Part shown: positions 62,048 to 64,000 of the stretch, piece after piece
Layout of the letters: each line of letters starts with the position of its first letter
Numbering within the stretch: position 1 is the stretch's first letter
Source: an uncultured bacterium
GTDB taxonomy: Bacteria; Acidobacteriota; HRBIN11; JAKEFK01
Reading direction: 5' to 3'
DNA length: 64,000 nt
Assembly: GCA_963843285.1 (NCBI GenBank)
Contig: CAWJJO010000012.1
Span: 140,399-204,398 of the forward strand
The notes under the pieces: generated by a model
The model's input: the letters and a program-made list of their open reading frames with translations, nothing else
Told to the model about the DNA's origin: nothing
The model's database searches: none
Program-made: the position numbers and the translations under genes

Positions 62048-63761
62048 GAAAAGAAAATCGATCGTGTTCCCGAATTGGAACGCGGTGCATCTTGCCCGTT
62101 AGACTAATTGCGTGCACTTTCGTCGCCGGCGGGCTGAAAGCGCGAGCTCCATTTGCCCGCGGTCCGAATCGAATCAGAGCCTGGCGCCAGCCGCTGACAC
62201 CAAAAAGGAACAGCAGCGGAAACACAACCGGAACAAATCTGCGGATCGTCCAAGGCTGATACTGAAATACGATCAGCGGAAAGATCAGGAGTGAGATCAA
62301 GTGTACCGGCAAAAACAGAAAAGCGCTCCGGGCAGGAAGGGAATCACTTTGCAGATAAAGGAACAGAACAGCCCCTATGAGCAAAAGCCCGAGGACTGCA
62401 GGAGAGGTGTAAAGAGAGAGCCAGCCGGTGTGCTGAAAGATGTCCGTCCAGTGAAAGCGCCGACGAAATAAAGACGACATCATCACGGCGATCGTCAAAA
62501 TACAAATGAGAATTCGTAAGCCACGTTTCCTCTCCACTGCACTCATGAGAACACTCGAGAGCGGGACTAGAAGAGCATATAGCGCCATCAGGAGCAGTCC
62601 TCCGATCCAGCGTTGCTGCAACAAGAAAGAGCCGAACTGCCGCAGCGACTCCGCCCAAACTTTCGTCACATTCTTATGTCCAAAGAAGGTCCCGACATAC
62701 AGGTATTCCTGGACCGTAAGCTGTTGGTACAGCGCCAGGAATCCACACGCGACCAGACAAACAAACAGCGTCCGCCATCTGGAAAGATTTTCTGCCAGAG
62801 GGCGCAGCATCGCAAAAACAAGCACCAGGCACAACGATCCATAAAAAAGCGAAAGGACGTGGCAGAGAAAAGTGGAGCCCCAGAGCATACCCACTACGAG
62901 CTGGTGTCCATGCTGCATCGTGCCGTCCGCACGCAATCCGCTGACAAAAACCCACAGACCGCTCAGAAATAGTGCTTGACCCAACCCCTCCGAGGTTGGC
63001 ATCCGCAAGAAATAAATCTCCGGATAAAAGCACAGAAAAAGCAGGGGTAAGGCGATGCCGGTTAACAGACCGCCGAATCTCCTCCCCAGCAGAAAAATCG
63101 CGGTCAAGCTCAGGATATAAAAGAAGGTGAGCAGAAGGAGAAATTGCTGTTGGCCCAGAATGGGAATCGCTGCCCCAAGCCAGACAGGAAACATGTGATA
63201 GAAGCCAAAAGTAACAGTCCCTTTGGAAACATCGATAAGCCTCACCCCACCTGGAAATCGCGCATCGACTCCCGTGGTGTCAAGCTTGAAACGGTTAAAA
63301 AACAAGCTCTTCCGTTCATTCTGACTCATCTCAAGAACAAGTGGATCGGTATAGAAAAGTCCTCCTGATTTGGCAATCTGTCCGGCGGTTGAAAGATAGA
63401 CCGATGCGTCATCGCCCTGCAAAAATGCTTCATACGGCGGACATAGTCTTGAAAATGCCATGACGGAGAAACCAATTGCAAGACAAAAAAGGATGTAGGA
63501 GACGGAGACACGTCTTTTCACGATCAGAAGCGACAGGAAGACAAGCAGAGCCGACGCAATGGCCACGGGCCTGAGGTAGCCGAAAAAGGCAAGAAGAAAA
63601 AAAATCAAAGAGCAAAGCCCAACTCCGGCAACAAAAATCTGAAACAGATCGGCAAAGGAGAGTTTCTTAGATTCGGATATTGTTGGAAACAAGAGGTGGA
63701 AAAACCACCCGGCGAGGCCGATGAAGAGAATAAAACCGATCAGTTTTAATTCATTGATCAA
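62007..63761 (-). CDS. Polytopic membrane protein, GT-C-like
   Basis: 584 aa. The loop is PPYEAFLQGDDASVYLSTAGQIAKSGGLFYTDP. About 13 TM segments. The last roughly 45 residues (..HRVPIREHDRFSFRDFCWCDCVRLYY) look non-native. Confidence 0.5.
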   Translation of the reverse strand: MINELKLIGFILFIGLAGWFFHLLFPTISESKKLSFADLFQIFVAGVGLCSLIFFLLAFFGYLRPVAIASALLVFLSLLIVKRRVSVSYILFCLAIGFSVMAFSRLCPPYEAFLQGDDASVYLSTAGQIAKSGGLFYTDPLVLEMSQNERKSLFFNRFKLDTTGVDARFPGGVRLIDVSKGTVTFGFYHMFPVWLGAAIPILGQQQFLLLLTFFYILSLTAIFLLGRRFGGLLTGIALPLLFLCFYPEIYFLRMPTSEGLGQALFLSGLWVFVSGLRADGTMQHGHQLVVGMLWGSTFLCHVLSLFYGSLCLVLVFAMLRPLAENLSRWRTLFVCLVACGFLALYQQLTVQEYLYVGTFFGHKNVTKVWAESLRQFGSFLLQQRWIGGLLLMALYALLVPLSSVLMSAVERKRGLRILICILTIAVMMSSLFRRRFHWTDIFQHTGWLSLYTSPAVLGLLLIGAVLFLYLQSDSLPARSAFLFLPVHLISLLIFPLIVFQYQPWTIRRFVPVVFPLLFLFGVSGWRQALIRFGPRANGARAFSPPATKVHAISLTGKMHRVPIREHDRFSFRDFCWCDCVRLYY

Positions 63762-63788
63762 CAGTCAGAGTATAGCATTGAACCCAGA

Positions 63789-63838
63789 GGGAGCGCAGGC
63801 TTCCAGCCCGCATTATGGGTCGCAGGCATCCTGCCTGT
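63789..63838. repeat. Third copy of the GAGCGCAGGC..GCATTATGGG.CGCAGGC hairpin repeat
   Basis: gagcgcaggcttccagcccgcattatgggtcgcaggcatcctgcctg aligns by eye with 2528-2566 (gagcgcaggcgtcccgcctgcattatgggccgcaggcctcc). It contains the CAGGCA-tcc-TGCCTG hairpin. Confidence 0.7.
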
Positions 63839-63928
63839 CACATTTTCATAGCACATAAACAATTACAAAGCGAAATCTTTTCCTTTGTGAACTTTGTGGC
63901 TTTGTGGTGAATTTTTGGAAGGAGTAGG

Positions 63929-63951
63929 GGGCGCGCGTTTCGCGCGCGCCC
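63929..63951. other. All-GC 9-bp hairpin GGGCGCGCG-tttcg-CGCGCGCCC near the right edge
   Basis: The stem is exact. It sits about 14 nt from a possible minus-strand stop at 63965-63967 of a gene lying beyond the window, so it may be that gene's terminator. No T-run. Confidence 0.3.
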
Positions 63952-64000
63952 GCAGAACATTAATTTAGATAACTGGCCAGAGCATCCACGGAGTTCGATT

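Noticed and set aside
63961-64000. A tRNA-like GGAGTTCGATT T-loop motif at the right edge, and a 12-codon minus-strand ORF ending at 63965
   Set aside because: Back-folding from the putative T-arm gives no matching anticodon or D stems (positions 33 and 37 are both C, and the stems do not pair). The ORF fragment is too short to support.

Overview
The window is one continuous cell-envelope glycan biosynthesis and modification locus from an environmental bacterium. The taxon cannot be determined here. Dispersed GCAGGC..GCCTGC hairpin repeats and a BNR-propeller gene are reminiscent of Acidobacteriota-like genomes, but that is inference only. I saw no rRNA, tRNA, CRISPR array, transposase or integrase.

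Gene content:
- Left edge: a partial secreted BNR/Asp-box propeller gene (1-2512, minus strand). The ORF track misses it because it runs off the window.
- About 45 further genes follow.
- Transport and donor supply: one MOP/Wzx-type flippase and a eukaryotic-type UDP-galactopyranose mutase.
- Glycosyltransferases: four GtrB/DPM1-like polyprenyl-phosphate sugar synthase GT2s, two further paralogous GT2s and one GT4.
- About 17 polytopic membrane proteins carry GT-C-like first-loop acidic motifs, including a DUF2029/GT87-like paralogue family.
- Alkaline-phosphatase superfamily: four sulfatase-fold proteins whose nucleophile motif is T-x-P-x-H instead of C/S-x-P-x-R, three of them fused to N-terminal multi-TM domains, plus one NPP-type phosphodiesterase.
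- Redox and accessory genes: four GMC flavoprotein oxidoreductases (one tandem pair sits behind a small protein with a twin-arginine-like signal), two membrane-anchored SGNH hydrolases, and a DUF362 plus FAD-oxidoreductase pair.

Main hypothesis: this is an extracytoplasmic glycan assembly line that depends on lipid-linked sugar donors. It is conceptually parallel to mycobacterial arabinogalactan/LAM biogenesis rather than to a classical Wzy, ABC or synthase pathway.

Secondary observations:
- Two decayed paralogue remnants.
- Three apparent frameshift-split genes, which are either real decay or homopolymer assembly errors.
- A low-GC four-gene island at about 40.6-45.3 kb.
- A family of long palindromic intergenic repeats.
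- Several conserved hairpins and direct repeats.

All functional calls rest on motif recognition by eye. No searches were run.
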